From: Bacteriovoracia bacterium
Lineage (GTDB): Bacteria; Bdellovibrionota; UBA1018; JBFWNL01
Direction of reading: 5' to 3'
DNA: 64,000 nt
Assembly (NCBI GenBank): GCA_050251055.1
Contig: JBFWNL010000001.1
Coordinates: 587,825 to 651,824, forward strand
Shown: piece after piece, positions 48,838 to 57,573 of the stretch
Layout of the letters: the number at the start of each line of letters is the position of its first letter
Numbering within the stretch: the stretch's first letter is position 1
Translations under genes and position numbers: made by a program
Notes under the pieces: generated by a model
What the model saw: the letters and a program-made list of their open reading frames with translations, nothing else
What the model was told of the DNA's origin: nothing
The model's database searches: none

Positions 48838-50136
48838 TTAGCTTGAGGACTTTAATCGTTTTTCCGCGAGCTCAAGCAAAGTCTCCGGATCCGTCCCCTC
48901 TTCCGGACAGGTGACGATCCCGTACTTCAGCCGACTGCCCAAGGTCTTTTCAATGCGGCCCAGCAAACGGGGGGCATCCCCCAGCTTGCAGTCGTCCATC
49001 ACGATTGCGACCTCGCCCCGGTCAGCCAACGAATAGGCCGCGTCCGATGCCCGGAACAGGCATTTCCGCATCTGTCCCCGGAATGCGTCGACGTCCTCGC
49101 CCGAGGGGACGGCGATGAGCGCAAGCGCCACCGAGCTGAGATCCGTGGAGCTTTCAAAAATGCGCGAACTGATAACGGCGCGAATGGCGTCGCGGGAACT
49201 CAACTCCGGCAAGCTCAAGGTGAGTACGATTTCAACCTTCCCGGGCGAACTTTGGGCCTGCTGGGTGAACTTGCCGTGATGCAGGTGGAGAATTTGATGC
49301 ACGAGTAGCAGCTCGCTCCCAATCCCCTCCCGGGTTCGGGTAAGAAAGGCCTCTTGGGTGCCGACGGTTCCACGAAAAGCCGCGCCCGCGCTCCCTGCCC
49401 CGCTCTTGAAGGCAACGGAAGCTTCCACCCAGTGGGACTTCCATTCCTCCGCCATGGGAGCTGGAATCTCGAAGCGAAAGTCAATCGCATGCGGCGCGTA
49501 CTTGATTTGTACGTGACTACCCGGTTGGGCGCGGGCCACTAGGACCTGAAGCACGAGATCAACGGCGCGACCGAGTTTCTGGGGGTCGCCCAGGATGGGA
49601 GCCGTAACGTCGACCAGCTGTTCGGAACCAGCCAGATCGCCCGGCTGCCCCCCAATGGGAAACGTCGCATTCCCCACGAACTCAAATTGCAGGCCCTGCC
49701 CCTTGAAAAGCACGGCGTTGGCCGCGCACCGACGGTGCACTAGGCGGGGAAAATCGATCTCGCGCAGCCGCGCATGAAACGTACCGCTCTCCATCGCCGC
49801 AAGGTCCAAAAGCTCGCCCAATGTCTGATGCAGGCGAAGCGCGTTCCGGCGAGCCATGCCCACGAGCTCCTTCACCGAGAACTCCCCCGGCGTGTCCCCC
49901 TGCTCCTCCAAAATGCCCAAGGAGTTGAGGATACCGGTGAGCGGCGTGCGCAGCTCGTGTGAAATCAGCGAAAGCAAATTGGACTGGAACGAACGAAAGA
50001 GCGCTTCATCGCTGGGGCGCAAGTCGTCATTGGTGGGTTGATGGCCAACCGGCGAGATTTTAACGACGGCACTCTTGCCGGTCTTGTTCCCCTTAGGAGC
50101 CGACTTCGTCTTTCCCGCTCCCCGAGTTTTTTTCAG
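48838..50136 (-). CDS. HisKA protein with degenerate HATPase and degenerate GGDEF domain (RxxD intact)
   Basis: ISHELRTPL H-box; no N or G1 box; C-terminal FRASDAAYSLADRGEVAIV...TDPETLLELAEKRL. The frame is open to CTG 50136; TTG 50022 is the alternative start. Confidence 0.75.
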   Translation of the reverse strand: MKKTRGAGKTKSAPKGNKTGKSAVVKISPVGHQPTNDDLRPSDEALFRSFQSNLLSLISHELRTPLTGILNSLGILEEQGDTPGEFSVKELVGMARRNALRLHQTLGELLDLAAMESGTFHARLREIDFPRLVHRRCAANAVLFKGQGLQFEFVGNATFPIGGQPGDLAGSEQLVDVTAPILGDPQKLGRAVDLVLQVLVARAQPGSHVQIKYAPHAIDFRFEIPAPMAEEWKSHWVEASVAFKSGAGSAGAAFRGTVGTQEAFLTRTREGIGSELLLVHQILHLHHGKFTQQAQSSPGKVEIVLTLSLPELSSRDAIRAVISSRIFESSTDLSSVALALIAVPSGEDVDAFRGQMRKCLFRASDAAYSLADRGEVAIVMDDCKLGDAPRLLGRIEKTLGSRLKYGIVTCPEEGTDPETLLELAEKRLKSSS

Positions 50137-51254
50137 TCAAATCTCCCGATTTGGACGATCTGACGGGGATCCACGCTCTGCGCGGTGAGGATGGATATCT
50201 TCTGCGCGACCGTCCGGGCTAGCCCAACGAACGCCTGCGAAATTTCCGATTTACGATCCCACAACACGGCGGGCGTCCCCTCGTCGCCGCCCTGGCGAAC
50301 GGTGGGCACGATCGGCAACTTCGCCAGCAGCGGGGTGCCAAGCTTACGCTGGAGCATCTCTCCACCGCCGGAACCAAAGAGCTCATGTTTGGTCGAGCAG
50401 TTTCCGCACATGAAATAGCTCATGTTCTCAACCACGCCCACGACCGGAATCTTCACCTTGTCCCACATGTGAAACGCCTTGCGCACGTCTTGCAAAGCGA
50501 CTTCTTGGGGCGTCGTCACCATCACGGTGCCCGCCACCGGCACGAGCTGCGCGAGCGAGAGCTGCACGTCGCCGGTGCCCGGAGGCATGTCGACCACTAA
50601 GTAATCGAGCTGGCCCCAATCCACCATATGGCAGAACTGGTTCACGACATTGTGAAGCATCGGCCCGCGCCAGATCATCGGTTGGTCACCCTGAGTCAGG
50701 AATCCCATCGACATGACTTTCACGCCATGCGCGACGGGCGGCACGAACACCTCTTGGACACCTTGGGGACCCGGGCGCTGGACGATTTTCGGGCCGTCGA
50801 TCACGCCCATCATGGTGGGAATGTTCGGACCATAGATGTCGGCGTCCATGAGACCCACGCGCGCGCCCTCGAGCGCTAGCGCCGTGGCGAGGTTTACGGA
50901 AACGGTGCTCTTGCCGACGCCACCCTTACCGCTCGAAACGGCGATGATGTTCTGCACACCGGGAATGGCGTTCTTGGCCGCGATCTGGTTACCGCGCGAG
51001 CGTACCTGCGAATCCATTTTCACTTGGATATCGCGTACGCCAGCCACGGCACCCACGGCATTTCGACAGTCGGCTTCGATCTTTGCTTTCATCGGACAGG
51101 CCGGCGTAGTCAGCACCACCCGGAACGAGACCCGCTCGCCCTGAATATCGAGATCCTGAATCATATTCAGCGACACTAAGTCCTTACCCAAGTCCGGGTC
51201 TTTTACGGTGGAGAGTGCGCCTAAAACCGCTTGCCGATCAACGCTCATTGCCAT
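50133..51254 (-). CDS. mrp: Mrp/ApbC (NBP35 family) Fe-S cluster carrier ATPase
   Basis: VKDPDL, LTTPACP, SGKGGVGKST, DADIYGP, WRGPM, DMPPGTGD, ENMSYFMCGNC. Confidence 0.95.
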   Translation of the reverse strand: MAMSVDRQAVLGALSTVKDPDLGKDLVSLNMIQDLDIQGERVSFRVVLTTPACPMKAKIEADCRNAVGAVAGVRDIQVKMDSQVRSRGNQIAAKNAIPGVQNIIAVSSGKGGVGKSTVSVNLATALALEGARVGLMDADIYGPNIPTMMGVIDGPKIVQRPGPQGVQEVFVPPVAHGVKVMSMGFLTQGDQPMIWRGPMLHNVVNQFCHMVDWGQLDYLVVDMPPGTGDVQLSLAQLVPVAGTVMVTTPQEVALQDVRKAFHMWDKVKIPVVGVVENMSYFMCGNCSTKHELFGSGGGEMLQRKLGTPLLAKLPIVPTVRQGGDEGTPAVLWDRKSEISQAFVGLARTVAQKISILTAQSVDPRQIVQIGRFD

Positions 51255-51304
51255 GAGGAAGATGTATCAAAAACGGTAAGCTGGAGCAACCGCGTAGGTT
51301 TTGG

Positions 51305-51538
51305 TTATTTTTTGAGCTGAGCGAGCTCTTGTTCAAGTAGCTCGGTCACTTCGAACTCACAGCCCCCGCAACCGGTGTTAGCACAGGTCTCGGCGCGGAT
51401 CTTTTCGATCGTGTGCGCGCCTTTAGCGATGGCTTCCTTGATGGTTTTACGAGAAACACAGTGGCAAAAGCAAACCGTCGACTCGTCGTCGATCACGGGA
51501 AGCTCTTGATCCAGTTTCTTTGCTGCGCCGCTTTCCAT
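51305..51538 (-). CDS. BFD-like [2Fe-2S]-binding protein
   Basis: VCFCHCV...ANTGCGGC. Confidence 0.88.
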   Translation of the reverse strand: MESGAAKKLDQELPVIDDESTVCFCHCVSRKTIKEAIAKGAHTIEKIRAETCANTGCGGCEFEVTELLEQELAQLKK

Positions 51539-51559
51539 AGTTGAATTTTACCACAAAAC

Positions 51560-51586
51560 TTATCGGCAGAATTCGCCGTTTACTGA
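51560..51586 (-). promoter_or_regulatory. Putative sigma28-type promoter upstream of bfd-mrp
   Basis: TCAG-N15-GCCGATAA. An extended -10 (TGTGGTAAAAT) is also present just downstream. Confidence 0.4.
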
Positions 51587-51627
51587 AATCATCATAATTT
51601 CAAATAGATGCATCATCCCCACTCATT

Positions 51628-51766
51628 GCCCTCTCCCTTCCGAGCACTTCACTCGCTAGGACCGGGACGCCCCTCCGTGGGATTGACCGCCTTTTCCGCA
51701 TGGAAGCGTGTCCCCCTCCGGGCTAAAGTTTGAATGCTCCGCGGAGGGTTGAAGGAGTCGAAGGGC
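51628..51766. ncRNA. Candidate long irregular RNA hairpin (unassigned ncRNA or repeat remnant)
   Basis: Nested pairings GCCCT/AGGGC, GAGCA/TGCTC, TTCA/TGAA, CCGG/CCGG, GACGC/GTGTC, TCCGTG/CATGGA in an intergenic gap; G-U pairs favour the + strand. Confidence 0.35.
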
Positions 51767-51770
51767 CAGT

Positions 51771-52886
51771 TCAAAGGGTGAACTTCAGGTCGAGGCGGAG
51801 CTGATAGCGGCGGTTACCGTCTTGGTGAGCGATCGCGCCGAGTTCTTCCGCATAGGAATTGGCCGTGATCCTCAGCAGCCAGGCATTGAACCCAAACCCG
51901 TAGGTGAGGTAGACGCCGTTATAGCCACCGTAAATCGACATGTTGACGAAGTCGATCTCAAGGCCGAAGTGGTTCCGTAAGCGCCAGTCCGTGTCATTGA
52001 AAATATTTCGATGATCGTAAGCGAACGTAAACTGCGCCACGCTGCCCGTGTCGTAACGAATCGCCGTGCCGATGCCAAAATTCCCCATTTGCGTTTGCGG
52101 CCCTGGACTGTCGTCCCCGAAGTTCGTGTCTCCAACATCGAGGAAAGCGGCCCCCACGCTGAAGGTCACCTGGGGACCGATGGGCATAGAATACTGGGTC
52201 CCGAGATCCATGCCAATTCCGTAGTGGTAGTTGCCCATGATTCCCGTGATGAGGCTCGGCCCGCGGCTGAGTTGAAACAGCGTGCCCGTGGGCATGATCC
52301 GATAGCCCCCGCGGCGCCACAAGAACTTGCCCGCCATCCCTACCCGCAGCTCGGGTTGGGCGATCTTCGAGCGGCGCGGACGCTTGGCGTTGCCGAGCAA
52401 GTTAAACGCCATGCCGGCCTGAAAACCGTTCGTCATCTGGTAGCCCAAGGTGATTTGCGGCAGCGCCTGATTTTTTTCCAGCAACGCAACCTGCCCGTCC
52501 AGGAGCAAGGCAAAACCAAACCCTTGCATCACGTAGGTCGGGGTGATCTGGGCCCGTCCGTAGATATTCTTGCCCATGAGCTCGTTGAGGGAGCTGGCGG
52601 AAAAACTACTGAAGGCGCTGGAACTCTTGGTGTACGCCGCATAGGCGTCGACCGAACCTTCGACGAAAGCATCGAGATAATGAATCTGCGCGCGATCCAC
52701 GGCCGCAAGGCCGGCCGGGTTCAGGAACAAAGCCTCCTCATCGTCGGCGATCGCGATGTGCGCCCCGCCCATGCCGGTGGAGCGCGCGCCTCGATACATG
52801 TCCCGCAACGCCCAGTCGCCGTAATCGGCACGGACGTCGAAGGAGACGAAGGTTAGCAAGGAGATGAGCGGGAAAACGTACCGCAT
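51771..52886 (-). CDS. Outer-membrane beta-barrel (TraF/FadL-like N-terminal plug motif)
   Basis: Signal VRA; GARSTGMGGAHIAIADD..ALFLNPAGLA; many amphipathic strands. Confidence 0.78.
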   Translation of the reverse strand: MRYVFPLISLLTFVSFDVRADYGDWALRDMYRGARSTGMGGAHIAIADDEEALFLNPAGLAAVDRAQIHYLDAFVEGSVDAYAAYTKSSSAFSSFSASSLNELMGKNIYGRAQITPTYVMQGFGFALLLDGQVALLEKNQALPQITLGYQMTNGFQAGMAFNLLGNAKRPRRSKIAQPELRVGMAGKFLWRRGGYRIMPTGTLFQLSRGPSLITGIMGNYHYGIGMDLGTQYSMPIGPQVTFSVGAAFLDVGDTNFGDDSPGPQTQMGNFGIGTAIRYDTGSVAQFTFAYDHRNIFNDTDWRLRNHFGLEIDFVNMSIYGGYNGVYLTYGFGFNAWLLRITANSYAEELGAIAHQDGNRRYQLRLDLKFTL

Positions 52887-52889
52887 CGC

Positions 52890-53906
52890 CTAGTTCCACC
52901 CGAAAGGGTCGGTGTTGATGAAGTTGATAATTCCGGACGCCGCGCACTTGGCCGGGTTTTGTGCATCCGTGAGCGCGGCGTTGGTGCAGCCGGTCCGCGT
53001 GCGCAGCTTAATGGGGCAACTCACCGCGCACTCGGCGTAGGTGAGCGTGCATCCCGATCCGGCCGTACCCGCGCAACCCTTGCCGCAGGCGTCCTTCAAA
53101 AGCGCGTCGAAGACCGTAGTGAGCTGGGTAAGCGAAGTCGCAACCGATCCACTCATGAGCGTCGAGGTGGCGCTGATTCCCTCGATCATGTTCAAGATCG
53201 ACCCTGCGTACGAGCAGCCTTCCTCGGTCACGGTCGCCGACGTGGTCCCCGGGAGGTTTTGGGTCTTCTGGTAGTTGCCGTCCGGCGCGCCGCGCTTGTT
53301 CTGGATCTGCCCGATATTCGCCATCGACACGAAGATCATGTAGAGATTCGAATCGCTCGTGCGTTGCGTATACTTGAGCGAACCCGGATTAAGCGTCCCG
53401 GCGTTGAACTCATCGGCCGCCGCGATCACCACGCCGGGCAAGAGCGCGGCCATGAGCGAATCGGTGGCGTACCAAGCGGACTGCAAATTCGAGTCACTCG
53501 AATAGGGAAAATACTCGGTCAGACGGCGCCAAAGCAAAGGGCCGGCGATGTTCGCCGTGCCCAGTTTGTCGACGAGGGGCAGAAAGTTGATGCCCGCGTT
53601 GCACCCGTGCGCAGACGCGCGAACCATGCGCACGTCGTTGTCGGTGAATCCGGAATTGTAGAGCGCGTCCATCAACGCGATCGCGCCCGCGCAATTGCCC
53701 GTACTGAGATAGATATTGGCTTGGGCGAGCATCGCTTGCTTCTGGTACTCGCTCGTGGGCTCCAATACCGGGTTGGCGCAGCCAAGCGCACCAAAGAGAC
53801 CGAGGAGATTTACGACCGTGAGCAGGCGGAGAAAGAAACCAAGCGCACGACGGCGCGCGTACGCGCGCGAACTAAGCTTGGGAGCCTTTCTCGATAAACG
53901 CAACAA
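52890..53906 (-). CDS. Hypothetical lipoprotein with Cys-rich C-terminus
   Basis: ALG-C lipobox, TPR-like N-terminal helices, many C-terminal Cys. Start uncertain (TTG ~53906). Confidence 0.68.
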   Translation of the reverse strand: MLRLSRKAPKLSSRAYARRRALGFFLRLLTVVNLLGLFGALGCANPVLEPTSEYQKQAMLAQANIYLSTGNCAGAIALMDALYNSGFTDNDVRMVRASAHGCNAGINFLPLVDKLGTANIAGPLLWRRLTEYFPYSSDSNLQSAWYATDSLMAALLPGVVIAAADEFNAGTLNPGSLKYTQRTSDSNLYMIFVSMANIGQIQNKRGAPDGNYQKTQNLPGTTSATVTEEGCSYAGSILNMIEGISATSTLMSGSVATSLTQLTTVFDALLKDACGKGCAGTAGSGCTLTYAECAVSCPIKLRTRTGCTNAALTDAQNPAKCAASGIINFINTDPFGWN

Positions 53907-55092
53907 GTCGTTCACAACCTTCCTGGAGCGACTTCTCGTCGGTAGCGAAGCTGATGCGGATCCACCCCGGTTCGCCGAACGAAACACCGGGCACGACCGC
54001 CACTCCCGCTTCCTGCAAGAGCCTTTCCGCGAACGGCACGGAGTCCTCGCCTGGACGCAGCGCGGACTCGACCCCGAGGAAAAAATAGAATGCCCCCTCG
54101 GGCGTACTGATCTTTATTTTGCCGCTTTTTCGCAAAGTTTCCAAGGCCAGATCCCGGCGGCGTCGGTAAACTGTCAGCTGATCGGCGAAGTGCTTTTCCG
54201 GTAACTTCAAGCCAGCGACGCTAGCCCACTGGGCCAGCGCGTTGATGCCCGAGGTAGTTTGCCCCTGCAGCCGATCGATCACGCGCGTGAGGGCCGCGGG
54301 CGCCACCGACCAGCCGATGCGCCACCCCGTCATGGCGGCGCTCTTCGACATTCCGTTGACGGTGACCCCCCGCTCGCGCAAGGCAGGTACCGCTCCCAGA
54401 AACGAAGCGAAGCCCCCCGTCCCGAAAGTGATGCAATCGTAGATTTCGTCGCTGAGCGACCAGATCTGGTCACGCCACGGCGAGCGCAGGATCACTTCCC
54501 CCAGCCGCGCATACTCCTCGCGCGTATAAGTCGCGCCCGTAGGATTGGAAGGAGAATTCCAGATGACCATCCGCGTGCGATCCGTAAGCGCCGCCTCTAA
54601 CTGCGCGGGCGACATCTTGAAGCCAGATTCCGCGGTCGTGCGGACCACTTTCGGCACCCCACCCACGAGCTTCACCATCTCCGGGTAGCTGAGCCAATAG
54701 GGCGAGACAATCACCACCTCGTCACCTGGATTCACCGTGCAAAAAAGCGCGTTGAAGATGGCCTGCTTGCCGCCATTGGAAACAATTACGTCGGACGCGG
54801 TCCACGGCTTTTCCAAACCGGGTTGCTGCCGATTCGTCTTCTCGGCAATGAGCGCGCGCAGCTCGGGAATGCCCGCCGTAGCGGTGTATTTCGAGCGGTT
54901 CGCCGCCATCGCGTCCGCCACCGCTTGTTTCACCGGGGCGGGCACCGCGAAATCAGGCTCGCCCGCCGTGAGATTGATCACGGGCTTGCCCTGCGCGCGC
55001 AGCTCGTTGACAAGCGCGTTTAGCCTCAACGTCGCACTCTCGGCGATCACGTCCATGCGAAGCGCGAGCGGAGCGCGTTTCGAGTCACTCAT
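53872..55092 (-). CDS. PLP-dependent aminotransferase class I (aspartate aminotransferase-like)
   Basis: AGEPDF, NGGKQA, NSPSNPTG, SDEIY, SKSAAMTGWRIG, PEGAFY. Confidence 0.93.
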   Translation of the reverse strand: MSDSKRAPLALRMDVIAESATLRLNALVNELRAQGKPVINLTAGEPDFAVPAPVKQAVADAMAANRSKYTATAGIPELRALIAEKTNRQQPGLEKPWTASDVIVSNGGKQAIFNALFCTVNPGDEVVIVSPYWLSYPEMVKLVGGVPKVVRTTAESGFKMSPAQLEAALTDRTRMVIWNSPSNPTGATYTREEYARLGEVILRSPWRDQIWSLSDEIYDCITFGTGGFASFLGAVPALRERGVTVNGMSKSAAMTGWRIGWSVAPAALTRVIDRLQGQTTSGINALAQWASVAGLKLPEKHFADQLTVYRRRRDLALETLRKSGKIKISTPEGAFYFFLGVESALRPGEDSVPFAERLLQEAGVAVVPGVSFGEPGWIRISFATDEKSLQEGCERLVAFIEKGSQA

Positions 55093-55601
55093 TTGCGCGC
55101 CCCAGCCTTCCCCGCCGCGCCGCCGGCCGGAATGCGTGTCTTCAGCTCTTTCAGAACGGCTTTGGGCACGTACGGCGCGATATCGCCACCATAGGCAAAA
55201 AGCTCCTTAATCATGGTGGAGCTGACGAAATAGAGATCCTGCGACGTCATCATGAAAACGGTTTCGACGTCCGGGTTGAGCTGCTTGTTCATGCTCGCCA
55301 TCATGAACTCGTACTCAAAATCGCTCGCCGCGCGCAAACCGCGGATTACCGCGTGAATGGAATTCTTCTTTGCATAATCCATGATCAAACCGGGCCAGGA
55401 GTCGACCTTCACGCCTTTGCGGTCCGCCACGACATCACGGATCAACTCCACGCGCTTTTCGATGGGAATCAACGGCTCCTTGCGGGGCGTGCCGGACACA
55501 ACGATGATGATCTCGTGAAACACCTTGAGAGAGCGATCCAGGATGTCCAAATGCCCATGGGTCAACGGGTCGAATGACCCAGGATATACAGCGCGGCGCA
55601 T
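55089..55601 (-). CDS. coaD: Phosphopantetheine adenylyltransferase
   Basis: AVYPGSFDPLTHGHLD, IRGLR..SDFEYE, VSSTMIKE. Confidence 0.97.
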   Translation of the reverse strand: MRRAVYPGSFDPLTHGHLDILDRSLKVFHEIIIVVSGTPRKEPLIPIEKRVELIRDVVADRKGVKVDSWPGLIMDYAKKNSIHAVIRGLRAASDFEYEFMMASMNKQLNPDVETVFMMTSQDLYFVSSTMIKELFAYGGDIAPYVPKAVLKELKTRIPAGGAAGKAGARK

Positions 55602-55616
55602 GCCTTAGGTATACCC

Positions 55617-55797
55617 TAGAAGCGGTCTCAAAAATACCTTCGTTACGAGGTTGAGCCAAAAAGCCCTCAGACGAGGACGCAGGATAAAAAGGACCGGAAG
55701 CGTGCCCTCAGGCCCGCTGAGGACATTTTTATCCGAGGACGAAGTCTAAGGGCTTTTTGGCCGACCGCAGTAGAAGGTAATTTTGAGACCGCTTCTA
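55617..55797. mobile_element. MITE-like non-autonomous element with 25-bp terminal inverted repeats and TA flanks
   Basis: TAGAAGCGGTCTCAAAAATACCTTC (55617-55641) matches the reverse complement of 55773-55797 with one mismatch. Inner inverted repeats GCCAAAAAGCCCT/AGGGCTTTTTGGC and GGATAAAAA/TTTTTATCC. Confidence 0.8.
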
Positions 55798-56349
55798 AGT
55801 CTTTTGGTAATACACCAACCGCGAATCTCCCTGCACTTTTTCCTTAGTTTTCACTAAGGAAGTCAAGCGGTCGGGGAGCGGCTCGTCGCGCGAAGAGCTC
55901 TCGATTACAAGCCAACCCTCGGGAGCCAGGCACTGCGCCCAGTCCAAATCTTCGAGGACACGCTTCTCGAAACCTTTGGAGTACGGGGGGTCGGCGAATA
56001 CCAGATCAAACGGCGCCAACGCGTGCAAGCGATCGATCGACTTCTGGAAAGGATCCGTCAAGATGCGGCACTTCGGCAAGACCTGGAGCATCTCTGCATT
56101 TTGCCGAATGAGCTTCGCCACCGGGGGGGCGCTCTCGAGGAACACGACACTCGCGGCGCCGCGAGAAAGGGCCTCAAAACCTAGGGCTCCGGAGCCGGCG
56201 AACAGATCCAATACACGGGCCGAAGGAACGATCGTTTGCAGGGAATTGAGCAAGGCTTGGCGCAAGCGCGCGGCGGTGGGCCGGGTCTTATCGTGAGAGG
56301 GCGTACGGAGCATGCGGCCGCGGAATTCACCGCCAGTGATACGAATCAC
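55795..56349 (-). CDS. rsmD: 16S rRNA m2G966 methyltransferase
   Basis: IRITGGEFRGR, TRPT, LDLFAGSGALGFEALSRGA, FADPPY; upstream of coaD. Confidence 0.95.
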   Translation of the reverse strand: MIRITGGEFRGRMLRTPSHDKTRPTAARLRQALLNSLQTIVPSARVLDLFAGSGALGFEALSRGAASVVFLESAPPVAKLIRQNAEMLQVLPKCRILTDPFQKSIDRLHALAPFDLVFADPPYSKGFEKRVLEDLDWAQCLAPEGWLVIESSSRDEPLPDRLTSLVKTKEKVQGDSRLVYYQKT

Positions 56350-56368
56350 CGGATTAGGATAGCGCGCT

Positions 56369-56893
56369 TTAGGCGGCGCGGCGAACTGGAATCTTGAATT
56401 CGGAGCCGTCGGAGAGCTCGACCTTCAGGCATTGATCCACGAAGCAAACCGAAACCTCCTGGCCTTCGAACTCATAGGTGAGCTTCAGGGTCATATTCCC
56501 GGTCAAGTTCATCGTCAGGGTGCCGCTTTCGGTTTCGGTCGTCACGCTCGGCATGCGGTTTCTTTTTTCCACGTTTTTGCTCCTCACCGGGGTCACATTC
56601 GTCGCCGTAGCCGTGGCTAGTAGACTGCCTTCGGCGGGCTCCTCGTCCTTCATGTCGCCTAAAGTTTCTTCCAGGGAAGGCTCTTCGCTCGAACCCGCGC
56701 GGAAATCGCCCATGCCGTCTTCCTCAGCGGTGGCATCCGGCTGGGGAACCATGCGGAGCTGAGGCCCACCGTGTTCTTCGCCTCCACCGGAGCTAGCGAT
56801 TTCGTTTTGAAGCTTCTCGAGCTCGTTCATGATCTGATCGATCTCATCTTGTCCGGCGCCCGAGGCTGATTTGGCTTTTGGCTCTGCTCCCAT
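56369..56893 (-). CDS. Hypothetical acidic cytoplasmic protein
   Basis: Acidic disordered N-terminus and beta-rich C-terminal domain; RBS GGGAG before ATG 56893. Confidence 0.7.
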   Translation of the reverse strand: MGAEPKAKSASGAGQDEIDQIMNELEKLQNEIASSGGGEEHGGPQLRMVPQPDATAEEDGMGDFRAGSSEEPSLEETLGDMKDEEPAEGSLLATATATNVTPVRSKNVEKRNRMPSVTTETESGTLTMNLTGNMTLKLTYEFEGQEVSVCFVDQCLKVELSDGSEFKIPVRRAA

Positions 56894-57031
56894 AAAGGAA
56901 ATCTCCCTGTGCATGCTCTTCGGAGCAATGGCAGGCGAAATTAACGACGCACACACAGAAGCGTGGGACCGGAAAAGGAAACGCTAGAATCCTGGCGGAA
57001 ACCCGTCGGTGAATTGACGGGAGGCGCGATC

Positions 57032-57313
57032 CTACCGAAAATCGATGGTATGCACCTTCGTTTCGGCCATCTCATCCGAAAGAAAGGACTGCACTTGTAC
57101 CCCGCGGCGGGCATTTGCGTCCTCGCTTGGCCGGGCAATCTGGCAAACGTAGTCGGGGTTTAAACCCTGCTGGATGAGATAGACGGCGAGGTTTTCCGCT
57201 TTTTTATCCCCTCGAACGCATTCGGGAGCGGAGACAACGACTTCCGCCTGAGCTACAGAAAGGAATCCTAAACTTAAAATGATGAGTCGCGTAAAACGTA
57301 CTGCCAAAACCAT
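57032..57313 (-). CDS. Small secreted hypothetical protein
   Basis: Signal peptide AQA, two Cys; RBS AGGGGG. Confidence 0.6.
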   Translation of the reverse strand: MVLAVRFTRLIILSLGFLSVAQAEVVVSAPECVRGDKKAENLAVYLIQQGLNPDYVCQIARPSEDANARRGVQVQSFLSDEMAETKVHTIDFR

Positions 57314-57573
57314 GATATCCCCCTAAAAACCACGACCTCTCCCTACCCTTCCATTTTAGCCCCCCCAGCGCGTCATGACACTGACTATGTGCGTTGTTTG
57401 TGATTTTTTTTAATAATAATTACATATAGTTAACCACTTAAATCACTGAAAGTAAATAAATATTAACTTTTATCTAACCCCCCATCTTTCACCCTTGATA
57501 GTAGACTGTTTGCGTCATCATTCCGCGCTGGCCGAGTGCTGCGCGTCACTGCTATTCCTATCCGTCCTTCAAA

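Noticed and set aside
51712-51752. CCTCCGGGCTAAAG...GCGGAGGGTT resembling part of a c-di-GMP-I riboswitch
   Set aside because: The upstream GGCAAACC/GAAA tetraloop/GACGCAAAG core is absent and there is no downstream gene on that strand.
51771-52886. TraF-like barrel as evidence of a conjugative element
   Set aside because: No other conjugation, relaxase or integrase genes; it is embedded among housekeeping genes.
57395-57485. Possible replication origin unwinding element
   Set aside because: No DnaA boxes (TTATCCACA) and no dnaA, gidA or parAB context.
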